Shown: positions 14,001 to 26,118 of the stretch, piece by piece
Layout of the letters: every line of letters starts with the position of its first letter
How positions within the stretch are numbered: position 1 is the stretch's first letter
Source: Balanoglossus misakiensis
Taxonomy: Eukaryota > Animalia > Hemichordata
DNA: 64,000 nucleotides
NCBI GenBank assembly: GCA_040954595.2
Contig: CM082582.2
Coordinates: 9,787,483-9,851,482, forward strand
Direction: 5' to 3'
The notes under the pieces: generated by a model
What the model was told of the DNA's origin: nothing
Database searches by the model: none
What the model saw: the letters and a program-made list of their open reading frames with translations, nothing else
Translations under genes and position numbers: made by a program

Positions 14001-16634
14001 CGCTGAAAACTTTTATTTCATAACTACATGTATGCGCGATACTGACTGTAACAGCCTTCACCACTATGTGAAGCCTGAAGGTTTATATGTATAGTTTTCG
14101 TGTCTCTACTTTTTTGGTGCGATAAAAACTGGATGTTATACCCATCACTATTCCTGATTAACTGACTTTTAAACATGCTTTATTGAAAGTGTTTTATCAA
14201 AATCGTTCCATCTGGAAAGCATTCCATAAATGATGAGTATCCAGCTATAGAGAGGATGCTTCTAAAACACTCGGTTGATTTATGGGTTTGGAATTCAAAG
14301 TAATTATCTGTATTAATCTGAACCCATTCCTTGAAATATGAGGCAGACTGGGTATTTTCAAAGCATGATATAATTAAATGTACAATACATTGAAATTGTA
14401 CATTGAAAAAGAATTGACAGAATACAAGCAATCAAAACTGTAAACAGTGAGTGTAAGGGGACAGTGTATCCAAGACTATTGGTATTTGCGATCCCTTTTC
14501 ATTATTCAGTTTAAGAACTTAAGAAGGCACTTGTGAGCAAGATCTTTTCAATTTACATTTATTAGTTTTGGATGAGCGGCTTCTCTGCACTTCTCTGTCA
14601 TCAGCGCCGACACTCCCCCGGGAGGTGAACTCCGGTATGGCCTTTCCCAACTTGTGGCCAGGGCAGTGTGTTGCCACCGGCTACCGTCATTGTTCTGCTG
14701 GGAGTGTCGGTGGGAAATTGCATTGCACACACACACACACCTTCGGGTGAAACTGAGCCAATTTTCTTGCGTAATCTACCACATGAAAAGGCACCGGTGG
14801 AACGCTAAGGCCAGTTGTGGAACAAAGCAGGCAGATTTGCACGATAAGCTGTATCAATCATTTGGGTAGATAGATTGTGTATGTGTTTCAGGTCATGAAC
14901 TATAGATCTCCCCCCCCCCCCTTCCAGTATCCAGCAGTTCACATGAAAAAACAGCACATGCCACAGGGCAGGTACTTATCTATGCATGCAAACAAGGATG
15001 TAAAATCACCTGACGTGGGTTTTTTATTGACCTGGGACTTCATTAGACTCAGTTCCTGTTTTGCAGTGCCAGGATGCGTTATGAACTTTGTATAACCATG
15101 CGGTGTCCACCTTTTGCCAATGTGAAGTAGGTCGTGTTTGTTTAAACGATCACCCGAGTGAGACATGAGGGCAGTGCACGGTGTACTTGACCACGGGCAT
15201 GTTGATATGATTCACTGATTCTGTGTGTTTCTAGAAGAACAGTCGTGAATCACTGATTGTTTCATTAACAGGAGTGTATAGTTGTGATGTAGAGGCTTGA
15301 ATCACCCCTTTAAATGTGCAGCAAGGCTGTGTTTTAATAACGTTGGGTCGTAAATTTCTTTGTCTAATTTGTTCTGCCTTGTTCGCATTTGACTGACACT
15401 GATAAAGGATCATTCATTCGTTAATTCACTCACTCACTCATGCACGCACTCATTTACGTGATGTAGCAGTTAGGTACAGAAACAGTAGTCCTTTCCTTAA
15501 GACTGCAAATGACTGGGAAGGGATCTACAAAAAAATACCTTAAACAAACATTACAGTTACTTTGAACGGAAGTCTCGCTAAATGACGTTTAATAGTGTGT
15601 GGAGGTTATGCTTGGTCTCGGAGAGAAACAAGAGCACGCATTACATCGCCCTCAACCACTTAAATGTCGCAGTTGGATTTCTTTCGTTTGTCTGTGGAAT
15701 CAATAAGATTGTCTTTCCATCAAATAACATGGTTCGTTTCATTTTGTTTCTCCCTCTTTGCAGATTAGTTCATTCTGGTGGTCCGGCAAGCGTATCCAAT
15801 CAGAAGGCGGGCGAGTTGTCGTTCGGCACAAGGACAGGTACGCGAAACGGCATAGAAGCGCATCAGTTCCGAGTGGATAACCAGAGAGAGTTGGCGGCGT
15901 GGTCCAGAGCCATGGTGCAAGGGTCTCACAACGCTGCTTCTATTATCAAAGAAATCAACTGTGGTGAGTGGAAATCGTGCTTTGTATTTCTGTGCAGACT
16001 CACTGTGTTGTAGGTGGCCATCTGAAGTATTAAATCCAGCTGTGTCTGGATTCGCCCTGCCACAGACACAAAATGCCTACCCTGGAATAAACTGTCACAC
16101 ACGTTCGAATTACAGGTTTCATCGATTTATTGCAAGATCACCATCAAAGAAGTGATCAGGATAGACTAGATACAGTCATATATACATTTGATCTACTGAT
16201 TAAATCACTCATATCATTTCATTTCAGCTGTCACCTTCCAAGGCAAAGACTCCCGGCTAACCCTGCACTACGATAATGGATTCACCATGACGGACGCCAG
16301 GGCTGAGGCGCAGGAAGGCGGACGACCGCCTATCATGTGGAGCTATCCGTTCGAGAAACTGAGATTTTCATCGGACGACGGCTCGCGGATGCTGTGGCTT
16401 GACTTTGGGGCCGGCGAGGGCGAATTTGTAAGTAGGGTTTTCCAAAGAATAAGCACTGAAATATAAGGTGATATGAACATTTGTTTGAATAAAAAAAAGA
16501 CTTAAACTTAAAGTTGTTCTCTGTTTATATTTCATTTTCAGGAACTGGATCTTCACACCTGTCCCAAACCAGTTGTTTTTGTTCTGCACACTTTCTTGTC
16601 AGCCAAGGTGACAAGGATGGGACTGTTTGCATAG
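8089..16634 (+). CDS. SNTB1: Beta-type syntrophin, 3' portion (end of PDZ, split PH, PH2 and SU domains); 5' exons lie upstream of the window
   Basis: Exons 8089-8495, 9329-9471, 15764-15963, 16228-16427, 16542-16634, all AG/GT-bounded and in phase. Peptides [54 protein letters not shown] and terminal [30 protein letters not shown] match alpha/beta syntrophins. The symbol is nominal (likely co-ortholog of SNTA1/SNTB1/SNTB2). Confidence 0.93.
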
Positions 16635-18555
16635 TCCAGGTGAACCATGGGATATTTGCTGCCTGCTGGAAAATGGACCCCCCATGCAGTTGTAGTAATG
16701 CACTGATATGCAGAGATTTGAACTGATGTGGAGAGATAAAAAAAATTGAAATGTAAAACTGAGGGTTAAAGGAAATAGGATTGTCGGGATTTTCTGAGGG
16801 AAGTAACCAACTGGGGTATCTTTTGAAAGTGGTTGTCATGGTAAGGAACTAGGGTCAATGATGAAGTGGTGTGGGATTTTTCCTTTTCAGATTCTGAATC
16901 ATCCACGACATCAAACTGTCCAAAGTGCTCTTGAGATTACTCAAAAACCATGGAAACACGAGAGAATTTTTTCTTTTGTGAAACATGACGATTCTTCGAT
17001 GTGCTGCAACTTTTGACCTCATTACTGAAATCAATCACTGCCTGGTAGGTTTTCATGTAAATAACGATTTTTGAAATCCCAAATACGAAACAAGAGTAAA
17101 TTTTGCGAACAGCATTGATTCCAAAGCCAGCATCTGCGCGCCACTGTCTCACAGTCACCCCCTGTCAAAACTTCTAATCTTACTGTCGGCACTCACAACA
17201 CAAAGCATTGTGGAAGAAACCATTTCAAAGCGAGGGAGAATGGCACAAAAACATGTACAGATAAGGAATATCTAATGGTTCATTCTTTTTACGAGATCAT
17301 AGTACTAATACCTTCTGGGAGTTTAACATAGAAGATATTACTTGACAGAGCTTTTCACAATTTTATTTAATATATATTATGTTATTCTGTTACTCAGTTG
17401 TTGATAACAATCTAGGAATATATTCAAGAGATTTCACTGATGAGTAGAGATTTTTATCAACCACAACCTATGTTGTCTATGCTAAGGGTGTTTTTGTAGC
17501 TTGTTAATGTGTTGGTAATTCACGTTGATGGGAATAACTCTGACTTGCATCTAGTATGAGCAATGTCACCTGCACTTACTGGTTTGAATATGTTGAGCCA
17601 ATATGTGTTATATTCTAACATTTTCCATACTGCAAAATTATTTAATGCTTCGCTCATAATTTGCTCGAAGGCACTTTAACCCTTGAACCAGACTTGTATG
17701 AGAAAATGCGTGGTAAATTTGAGAGTGCTAACAACATATAAACCCACTGAAAGCTATATGCAGAGCACATTGACATATGTTCATGGCTGCTTCATAATGA
17801 CAAAATACAGATGTTTTTCCTATTATCTAACAACTCCTCCACTTCGGACCAAATAAGTTTACCAAACCAGTCTCAATGCAAATAATATTGCTGTATTTTA
17901 TTCCAAACTAACTGTTGCATTCCAGATTTTTTTCTTGTGTCCCGTTCATTTCTCAATGAACGTTATAGTTTGCCATGTTTTGATGTGTGTTTTCCCCCCA
18001 AAAATGTCCACCTCAGTAATTTCAAAATGAAATATTCATTTCTACATCGCCATTAATGTCGGATGAAAAACAGTTACCATGGAGCATTCATTTTACATTT
18101 TTCTTAATAAATAGAACAATTTTATGAAAGACATGGGGAGGGTCACGTGCTAAAGATTTGAATATTTATCTCAAAGCAATTAATACAACCCAGCATTTTA
18201 TGTCAACCTGAAAATGGATGAAATTTTCAGACAAGAAACTAACAATACCCAATCTAATTCTATACATCAAACACATATAACTTATAAAACCTGATCTAAT
18301 GATATGAAATATTTTATTACATCCTTCGCTTCAGCGTACTTGTTAATGTCAGTGTATAACTATCGACTGCTGTAGTAGCTTTTTGTTGTAACAACTTTTA
18401 TATGTGATCTTGAAGCTTTTCGACAGTGTACATTAAACATTGACAGATTTTTGTAGGGCCAAAATGAGACTTCTTTCCATTTTATTGCAATGTTTTTTTT
18501 TTGTCATATCTTATCATTAATAAAAAAAATGATTGTCTTGAAACTGTGTGCAGTT

Positions 18556-18595
18556 ACACACACACATACACATACATACATACATACATACATAC
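18556..18595 (+). repeat. (CA)n/(CATA)n microsatellite between the convergent syntrophin and ACSF3 3' ends
   Basis: ACACACAC then CATACATACATA run, lying between AATAAA (+, 18519) and TTTATT (minus-strand AATAAA, ~18633). Confidence 0.8.
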
Positions 18596-18899
18596 AGCAA
18601 GAACACACATTGAGGATATTAATTTCTAGTCATTTATTTCATTCATAAATTGGTTATTCCAAGGTGAAAATTATGAATTACATGATGAGTAGGGTGAGCC
18701 TAATTTACACAATCCATTAGTTTATTAAAATGGATTTGTGTCAAGCAGCAAGCCAATATTAAAATCCATCACCTTCCTTGCCTGAGGGCTTTTGCAGAAT
18801 CAGAAGACAGATTTATATAACACCAGGATATTACAATTAAATATTATACACAGGAGTTTACAATTTCCGGTAAATATCAAAAAGATTACAACTGCCTGA

Positions 18900-21267
18900 T
18901 CACAAATAAGGCTGAGTGTTTTGACTCTCCGGAGGAAATATCAAAGTCCGCACTTGTTTCTTGTTGACTTTACCCATAGCGTTTCTGGGGATTTCGTCCA
19001 CGCACTCTAAAACAGAGGGAATTTTGTAATGCGCCAGTTTGTCAGCCGCCCACGACTTCAACTCCTGCAGACCCAGAGACTCTCCCCGGTGAAGCACCAC
19101 CACCGCGGCCACACGCTCTCCCCACATGTTGTCGGGAAGTCCGAAGATGATGCATTCTTGGATTTTCCCGTTGGCCAGTAGGTGGCGCTCTACCTCCAGG
19201 GCGCTGATCTTGTAGCCGCCGCTTTTGATGATGTCGACGTCGCGGCCGAGAATCCTGTAAACGCCGTCCCGATAGACAGCCGTGTCCCCTGTAATCAAAA
19301 ACACTGCTAGCGTTAGAGATTATGGAAAAAAGAAATCGACTTGGAGTCAAATTCAATTTCAACACGATACTGATGACTACAGCTCCATTGACCTTTGAAC
19401 TCTGACCCCATGTCCATCCTACCTGTCTTAAACCATCCATCAGGTGTAAATGACTGCTTGGTGATTGCTGGTTGCCGCCAGTACTTGGCAAATACCGATG
19501 GCCCTCTAACGTAAAGCTCTCCTTCCTTGTCCTCCATGCCCTGCGTTACCATGGTACCGTTGGCGCCACTCCCAGCAGCCAAGACTGTGCCGTCTTGATC
19601 CGTAATCTGCAACTCCACGGTCGGGAAGGGGTTTCCAACTGCACCTGCAGAAGGATATCACGTGAGTGGGATAAATAATTCCATGCATTTATTTTCAGGA
19701 TGCATGAGGCATAAACCTTAGAAAACTGATCAGAGACCTAAGTGCCCCTTTAACTCGGTCAGTCAACCACTTTTCCACTTACCAGGAATTCGGGGTCCAT
19801 GTAAGGAGTTTGTTAATGCCATGCCGACCTCTGACATTCCATATCTCTCCAGGAGAACATGGCCGGTAATTTCTTCCCATTTTTCCATGACCGGCGCTGG
19901 CAAAGCTGCCGAACCGGACACCATGAGTCTAAATGGAAGCAGGATAAATGTAACAGGGTGTAGTTGCATCAGTTACACTCTAGTTAAATGTAACCCTTTC
20001 AGGCCAGGTAAAATACCCCAATTCACTTCTGGGGGTTTAGGACTGAAAACTTCTGACTGTTTTTAATCAAATGATGTCATACCAGTACCTGATATTTTCC
20101 TTGCAAAATCCCCTAATAAAATCGCGTACTTTGGGAGATGTGTACGTCTGATTGTAGTATTCTATCAGTTTGGCATAGATAGTCGGTACTGCCATGAAGA
20201 CATTGATCCTTGGATGCTGATCACTCAGTAATTTCTCCCACACCTGAACACATAAAAATAAATAAACTGTGTTAATGTGGACGGGCCTTATTTTTTTAAA
20301 AATTGGATTAATAGCAAAAGAGTAAGTTGCATGTATGTCATTCTGACAATAATGGTATACATTATACCTGTCCAGCACTAAACTTAGGCATCATGACACA
20401 CGTCGCACCACAGTAGAGAGGTACAGCTAAGCAGTTTGTGATTCCGTGCACATGGTGCAGTGGTAATGTATGCAGGATGACATCATCATCCGTCCACTCC
20501 CAAGCATCCAACATGTTCTCCACCTGGGCGATCAAATTGGCGTGCGTGACCGCCACTCCCTTCGGCTTGCCGGTCGTGCCGCTCGTGTAGATCAGCATCG
20601 CGTCGTGATTGGCCCAGTTGGTCTTCCTCCAGCTGTTCTGATAGGCCGAGTTGATGAGCGAGATCAGCGGTCTGTCGGTGTCCAAGAGATGCGAGGCCGA
20701 AGCCACAAAGCCTCGGTCTTGCTGGTTGTAGAGCAGCCACAGTGGTCTCACCTTCTCGGCCGAGCACAGCGGATCGAGAACACTCGCAAAGTCACTCGTT
20801 GCCACGACCACCGACGCATCACAGTCTTGAATGACTTCTTGTAGCTGAGGCGGTGGGTGGCTGATGCAGAGCGGAACAGCCACTCCACCTGCCATCCACA
20901 CCCCCCACTGCACCACAGTGTAGGACGAATTATTTGGACACATTATTGCTACTCTGTCACCTCTCCTCACGTTAAACTGTTTCTTCAGCTGCACCGAGAG
21001 ATGGAAACTTTGTTCGAGAATTTGAAAGTAAGAGTATTCCCCGACGTCGTCGATGATGAGGGGTTTCCCACTCAGAAAGTCTGCCTCTTCCAGTTGTTTC
21101 ATGAAAACAGGAGTCACGGGCGAAGAGTACATCCTGTAACATCTTTGCATGTGGTGAAATACCTTGGCTGATCTGACACATAGTAATGCTGTTTGTTTGA
21201 AACGAAGGTTCAGTTTTGGAACCAGTGCCGCTTTGCAGAGCCTGGCCAATGCAGCCAATGGAGTCAT
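18900..21267 (-). CDS. ACSF3: Malonate/methylmalonate-CoA ligase, mitochondrial (acyl-CoA synthetase family member 3), about 603 aa
   Basis: Exons 21267-20368, 20243-20089, 19928-19783, 19644-19423, 19288-18900 (1812 nt, in frame). AMP-binding motif [12 protein letters not shown], plus [63 protein letters not shown] and malonyl-CoA synthetase motif [11 protein letters not shown]. Basic N-terminus resembles a mitochondrial presequence. Start ATG is inferred. Confidence 0.92.
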
Positions 21268-21779
21268 TTGAAGATGTCTCTTCCAACTTTTCAGTGTATG
21301 TAAATGATTAGGGAAGCACAGTGTACTCCCAGACAGTGCAACTCTGAAACAAAATAACATTGTGTTAAAAGTAATGGAGATGAAAATATGACCACCCACA
21401 CTGTGACAGCATCGTAGGTGTATAATTACCAGATTCTACCATAGAGGGCATAATTTGGCAAAGAAATCAGGGCCGATCGCAATATTTCTCTTTATGTTGC
21501 AGCCAAGAATTAGGGTCAGTGGTATAATGAGAAACAAAACTATAGTATAACATGCGCCATACATGAACCAAGGTTACATGATCCCTTATACACCATCATG
21601 TTATGACATAACCGTGCATAACATCATTTAATAGTACGACCCAGAATATTAGCCCTGCGAACTGAAACAATCGTGATTTCGGACAGATCATGACAAGCCC
21701 TTTTGACATTCGACAAAACTAGTACATTAACACTGCGACTGAGAAATATATCAGAGTTTCGTGATCACCAACCTGGCTC

Positions 21780-22200
21780 AAATACTCAAGTCTGAAATGA
21801 AGCAGACCGCTTTCCACTGTCAGAGTTCACGTCGTATGCTATCTTCCCGCAGGAAGTGCTTTGGGTGCAGTCTATTTGGTGGCGGGGTGTTATAATCAAT
21901 TGGATATGAGTTTGGCCCTAAGTAAAGGTTGCAAAACAACCTTTATTGGTCTTCAGCATGAAATTTCCTTTAATTATCTGTAAATGAAATAATGTTCATA
22001 TAGAAAACCACCTTGTTCAGTATTTTCAACGCCTGAATTACGTCTTGGTGTAACCCATCATGTGAAGTGGGCGTGGCTGCAGTATTTCCTGGTAATGGCT
22101 GCCTCCATGTAAACTTCCTGTTGGAGATCCGCGCCTTGTGGAAGACGACGACGCAGTGAGAATGCGATACTGACATTCTACAGGGGCTACTAGAATTTGT
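21780..22200. promoter_or_regulatory. Probable bidirectional promoter between ACSF3 and TRIQK
   Basis: Divergent genes about 1.3 kb apart between ATGs. ETS-like motifs CAGGAAGTG (~21850) and ACTTCCTG (~22113). A splice donor at ~22199 fits a non-coding first TRIQK exon. Confidence 0.5.
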
Positions 22201-22600
22201 AAGTGTGTCGATATAATTGTATTGCTTCGTTCTGGTTAAGGCAGTAGTTGTGACTTGCTAATCGAGATGACGCCGCGTCGATCGGGCAAGAGGTCATTGC
22301 AAACTTGAATGTTTGTGCCACGTAGGTGCCTGGAAAGCTGGGTCACACATTTAAAGAGGCACAAGTGTTTATCGCGTGGTAATTTCAAGAGACAAAACTA
22401 GTAAATGCCTCCACGCTGCTTGGTCAGAAAGTTGAGAAAACTTTAAATGTTGCCAGGTATCTTTTCATATGGTTCTCAGGTACATGTACTAGTATTGCTT
22501 GTAAAGTAGCGCCACCAACCAATAAAGACCAACCAACCTTTTGTTTTACCCTGCCTACTTGCAGGATTTAACCAGCTGGGTCTGGATTTTGACTGAAGAG

Positions 22601-23028
22601 ATGGGGAAGAAAGATGCGCAAATGCATCAGGCCCCTGTCGACAAGTACAGAAAAGAAATCGGAAAACAGGATTATAAGAAGAGCAAGAAGGAAATCAAAC
22701 GAATCAGGCAACAGGCACTCTCCAAGGAAGCAAACTGGAATATTAAGGTACCATATCAAAATGCTGTAATTTCTGATTGATTACTCGTGTGCTTTCAAGA
22801 AACGGTAGAATAACTGCCACGACAATACGTGTAATCTTCAATAATTTTCTAATAAATACAATGTTAAGGTTTTCAAGACAGTAGCAAGCATTGATTATAG
22901 ACTGCTGTTACTTACATGCATGCATGTTTCTTTGTTTACAGGATGTTGTCTTGGTGATGGTTGCCATTTTGTTGCTGCTTTTTGCCATATACGGATTCTT
23001 TTTCATCTATGCAAATGCTGAGAAATGA
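22601..23028 (+). CDS. TRIQK: Triple QxxK/R motif-containing small membrane protein, 77 aa
   Basis: Exons 22601-22747 and 22942-23028 give MGKKDAQMHQAPVDKYRKEIGKQDYKKSKKEIK...NIKDVVLVMVAILLLLFAIYGFFFIYANAEK*, matching the recalled TRIQK signature PVDxYRKxIGKQDYKK followed by a C-terminal TM helix. Confidence 0.9.
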
Positions 23029-26000
23029 ACATCTGAACAAGTGGAAGTGAAGAGATGCATCGTCCTGATTGAGTAAACTAAAAAGCAATATAATATTGAA
23101 TAAGGACACCTGTCATTGATTTTAATGATCACAATTTCTCAATGGTTAAAAAGCAATATTCTGACAAATTTTATCCTTTTTATTCAAATATACAAAAAAT
23201 GTCATTACTGGCTGTACATAAATGTGCCATACTTTGAGGGCGTATAACTTTCAGAAATTTGGTTCAAATGTGGTTTATAATTCTTTCAAGTCATTTATGT
23301 TTTCCAGATTGTCTTATCTGGGTCGTAGGTCAGAAATGGGGTCCTAAAATGTGTGACAGTTTTGGCGTAAAAATGGGTCACGATTTTGTGTCATGGGTCA
23401 CACATGCCCATTAGGCATTGGAGGCTGTTTTTATAACATTTATGCAAGAATGGTTCCAGAGTGTCATGCACGCTGCAAGCGAGATGCAAATCAGGTTTTT
23501 TCACAAAGTATATCACATTTGATGGATAGAGTATGGGTCATGCTGACATGCATATAAATCATGGCAGGAGGCCAGCTCGTGTCCGGCGAAGTGACCAAGG
23601 ACCCTTAGGAGTACTCTCAACTGTCCTTCAGACATCGTGTGTGATGTGCTGTGCAGTGCAGCATTCACGCTGACAGCCCATTTTGTATCCCTCGCCCCTG
23701 ACCCAAAATACTCACATGCACACCCCTCTAGACAGAGAGATAACAAGGTTCAGATTCCATGTGCCTCGATGACCTCTGCACGACACCAAGCAAACCACAC
23801 ACCTAATACTTGACTGAAAATACAGATTTCACATTCCCATTCACATTTTTCTCTCTCTAAATCTGATCATTTCAATGCAACACTGGTATCACTAGGGCAA
23901 CAGAGTTACGATCTGCGTATGCCCACGTACAGAAGAATGGAACGATGATGCAAGGACGATTCTCAAAGTAGATAAGGTCGGGATGAGAGGGGTGACCCAG
24001 AGATACATTTGTTGATTCGTGCTCCGGTGAACCACAGTGACTAACCCGACGTAGCTTAAATAGATCACAGGATCCTGCAGACTTTGTCCCCTTTGTCCCG
24101 TAGTGTACCCTCAGTATTGCATATTTATAGAAATGGTCAAAGATCTTATTACAGTAAAAGAAATCTATTACGGTTTTGAGACACATGAGGCAGGCGCCGC
24201 ATGGCACAGATGGCGCTGACAAAAGTGGGTGTGGTGCAACCATGGTCACCACTACGTCATTTCAGAATCAAGCAAAATGAACGGGTCAGCAATTTAGCCG
24301 TGTCATACCGAGCCTGTTGCAGACAGTTTGTCCTAAGGAATTGAAATTGTCATTGAAACGGTCGAAGTTCCCAGAGTACAGATAGCGTCTAAGAATTTAT
24401 CAAAAAAGTATCTTTATTGAACAAATGCAGTACACAACTATTGATATCTTATAATTTTATCGTGGCCATCTTTTGACATTCATTCTGAATTGTTCGTTGT
24501 TTATTTATTTGCATTGGACTGCATCATTATATTTCTTTTCTGAAAGTTCGTTTTCGTGTTAAAGTTGTCCACGGTAAAATTGTGTTCATCCCAACCTAAC
24601 CTTTACAGTTGTTGATTGTTTTGAATAAAATCGCTTGAAAATATTAATAACCAACCTGATGGCAAGTAAAATAGGATATTGAAAAAAACTTGAATAATGA
24701 AAAAAACAATAAAATATTTCGCTTGCAAATATTTCAATTCAAAACTTACAAATGATGGCAAAAACACACGTATTCGAGTACTGTTACGACCATCACCCGG
24801 CGCGAAATTGTGTGCGAATGCGTAAATGTGCGGTGTTTCCATGCCAAAATGTGTCAATTTCCCCTGAGAAATTTGATGACGTGACAGGAGTACGCCCTGC
24901 GATATTGAACTTGATGACAGCCGTCGCACATGGCATAACGCCGATTTGAGGGTAGAATATTGTCTGTACAAGAGGTTATGTGTATGTACATATATAGGAG
25001 ACAACGCGTACCTGGTTTGGTGAAATGAAACGCGAAACTGCTTTATGTATAGCTAACATGCTATTCTGCAGCATCATTACGCAAGTGGTTCTTCATAACT
25101 GTGTCAAATTACTTATGACGTACGATGAAATCGACAAACAGCTGTTGGATCATGCATAATCAATAATCAGGCAGATGGACACCACACACGATCAGCATAT
25201 GTGAACTTGTAAATGCATTACATAACATTAGGCGGGTCAAGGAACTTTTGAAATCACTGAAAAAAGATTGCAGTTTACGTGTATATTGTTCTGTATACTA
25301 TTGTAACTCTAGTACACAGAACAATATAAACTGTAACGTTTGGTATATCAACCATAATTTCGTATTCTACTCCTTATAGCATGTTAAAAACGTCCAATAT
25401 TCTGTTTATCTTTACAGCCTGTATGTGTGTGTGTGTGACCACCATGATTGTTAAGTTGGTATTGACAAATGACCTGAAGTCCGGAGTTCCATTAAATGTT
25501 CAACTATATCAGTCGGTGTGGATTGCACAAATCGTGCATGTGTTCTGCGGATCTTGATCAGATTAAACACTAGATATTTCAAAATGCTGTACGAAGTTCA
25601 ACAAGAAACTGCAGTTGACACACAGACCAAAAATAGGCAGTTAATTGTATGCACCATGGCCACCCGAACGCGGTTTTGTTTTTTATACTATTCGGTGACC
25701 AGCCATGGAAAATTCTGGAACGTTCCGGCCAGCGAAAACAAACTTATAAATGTATAAAAACAAGGTTCATTGAAAAGTTAACTACACTTGGATATGATAA
25801 ACCAGAAGCCCACAGACTTCGTCACCGGTCAGCGTGCGTCCGACTATGCTTCGGAAGCGACCTTAGACCAGTACTGTTTCCGCACAGTTTATTAATTAAC
25901 ACCGCACTCAGAGTAATATGACTGGGTGAAAACTGATATCTGTCATATTGTTTTGTAAATGGTTGCTTCATTACCCACATGCAAATCGAGGATGGTTTGA

Positions 26001-26118
26001 TTGATTAGACATACGTCAGTCAATCAAACAATATATTTCAGTCCAACGTCGGCGTGGAACGCAGAGCAGTGTACATGGCGTTGGTCGGACAGACTGCTTC
26101 GCTCTGCCTTGGAGCACC

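Noticed and set aside
16855-16910. ATGATGA...CTGA C/D-like boxes in the syntrophin 3' UTR
   Set aside because: Not intronic, short, and lacking a convincing terminal stem.
23513-24252. Possible small gene between TRIQK and the ML gene
   Set aside because: Short ORFs with no recognisable homology or consistent splice structure.
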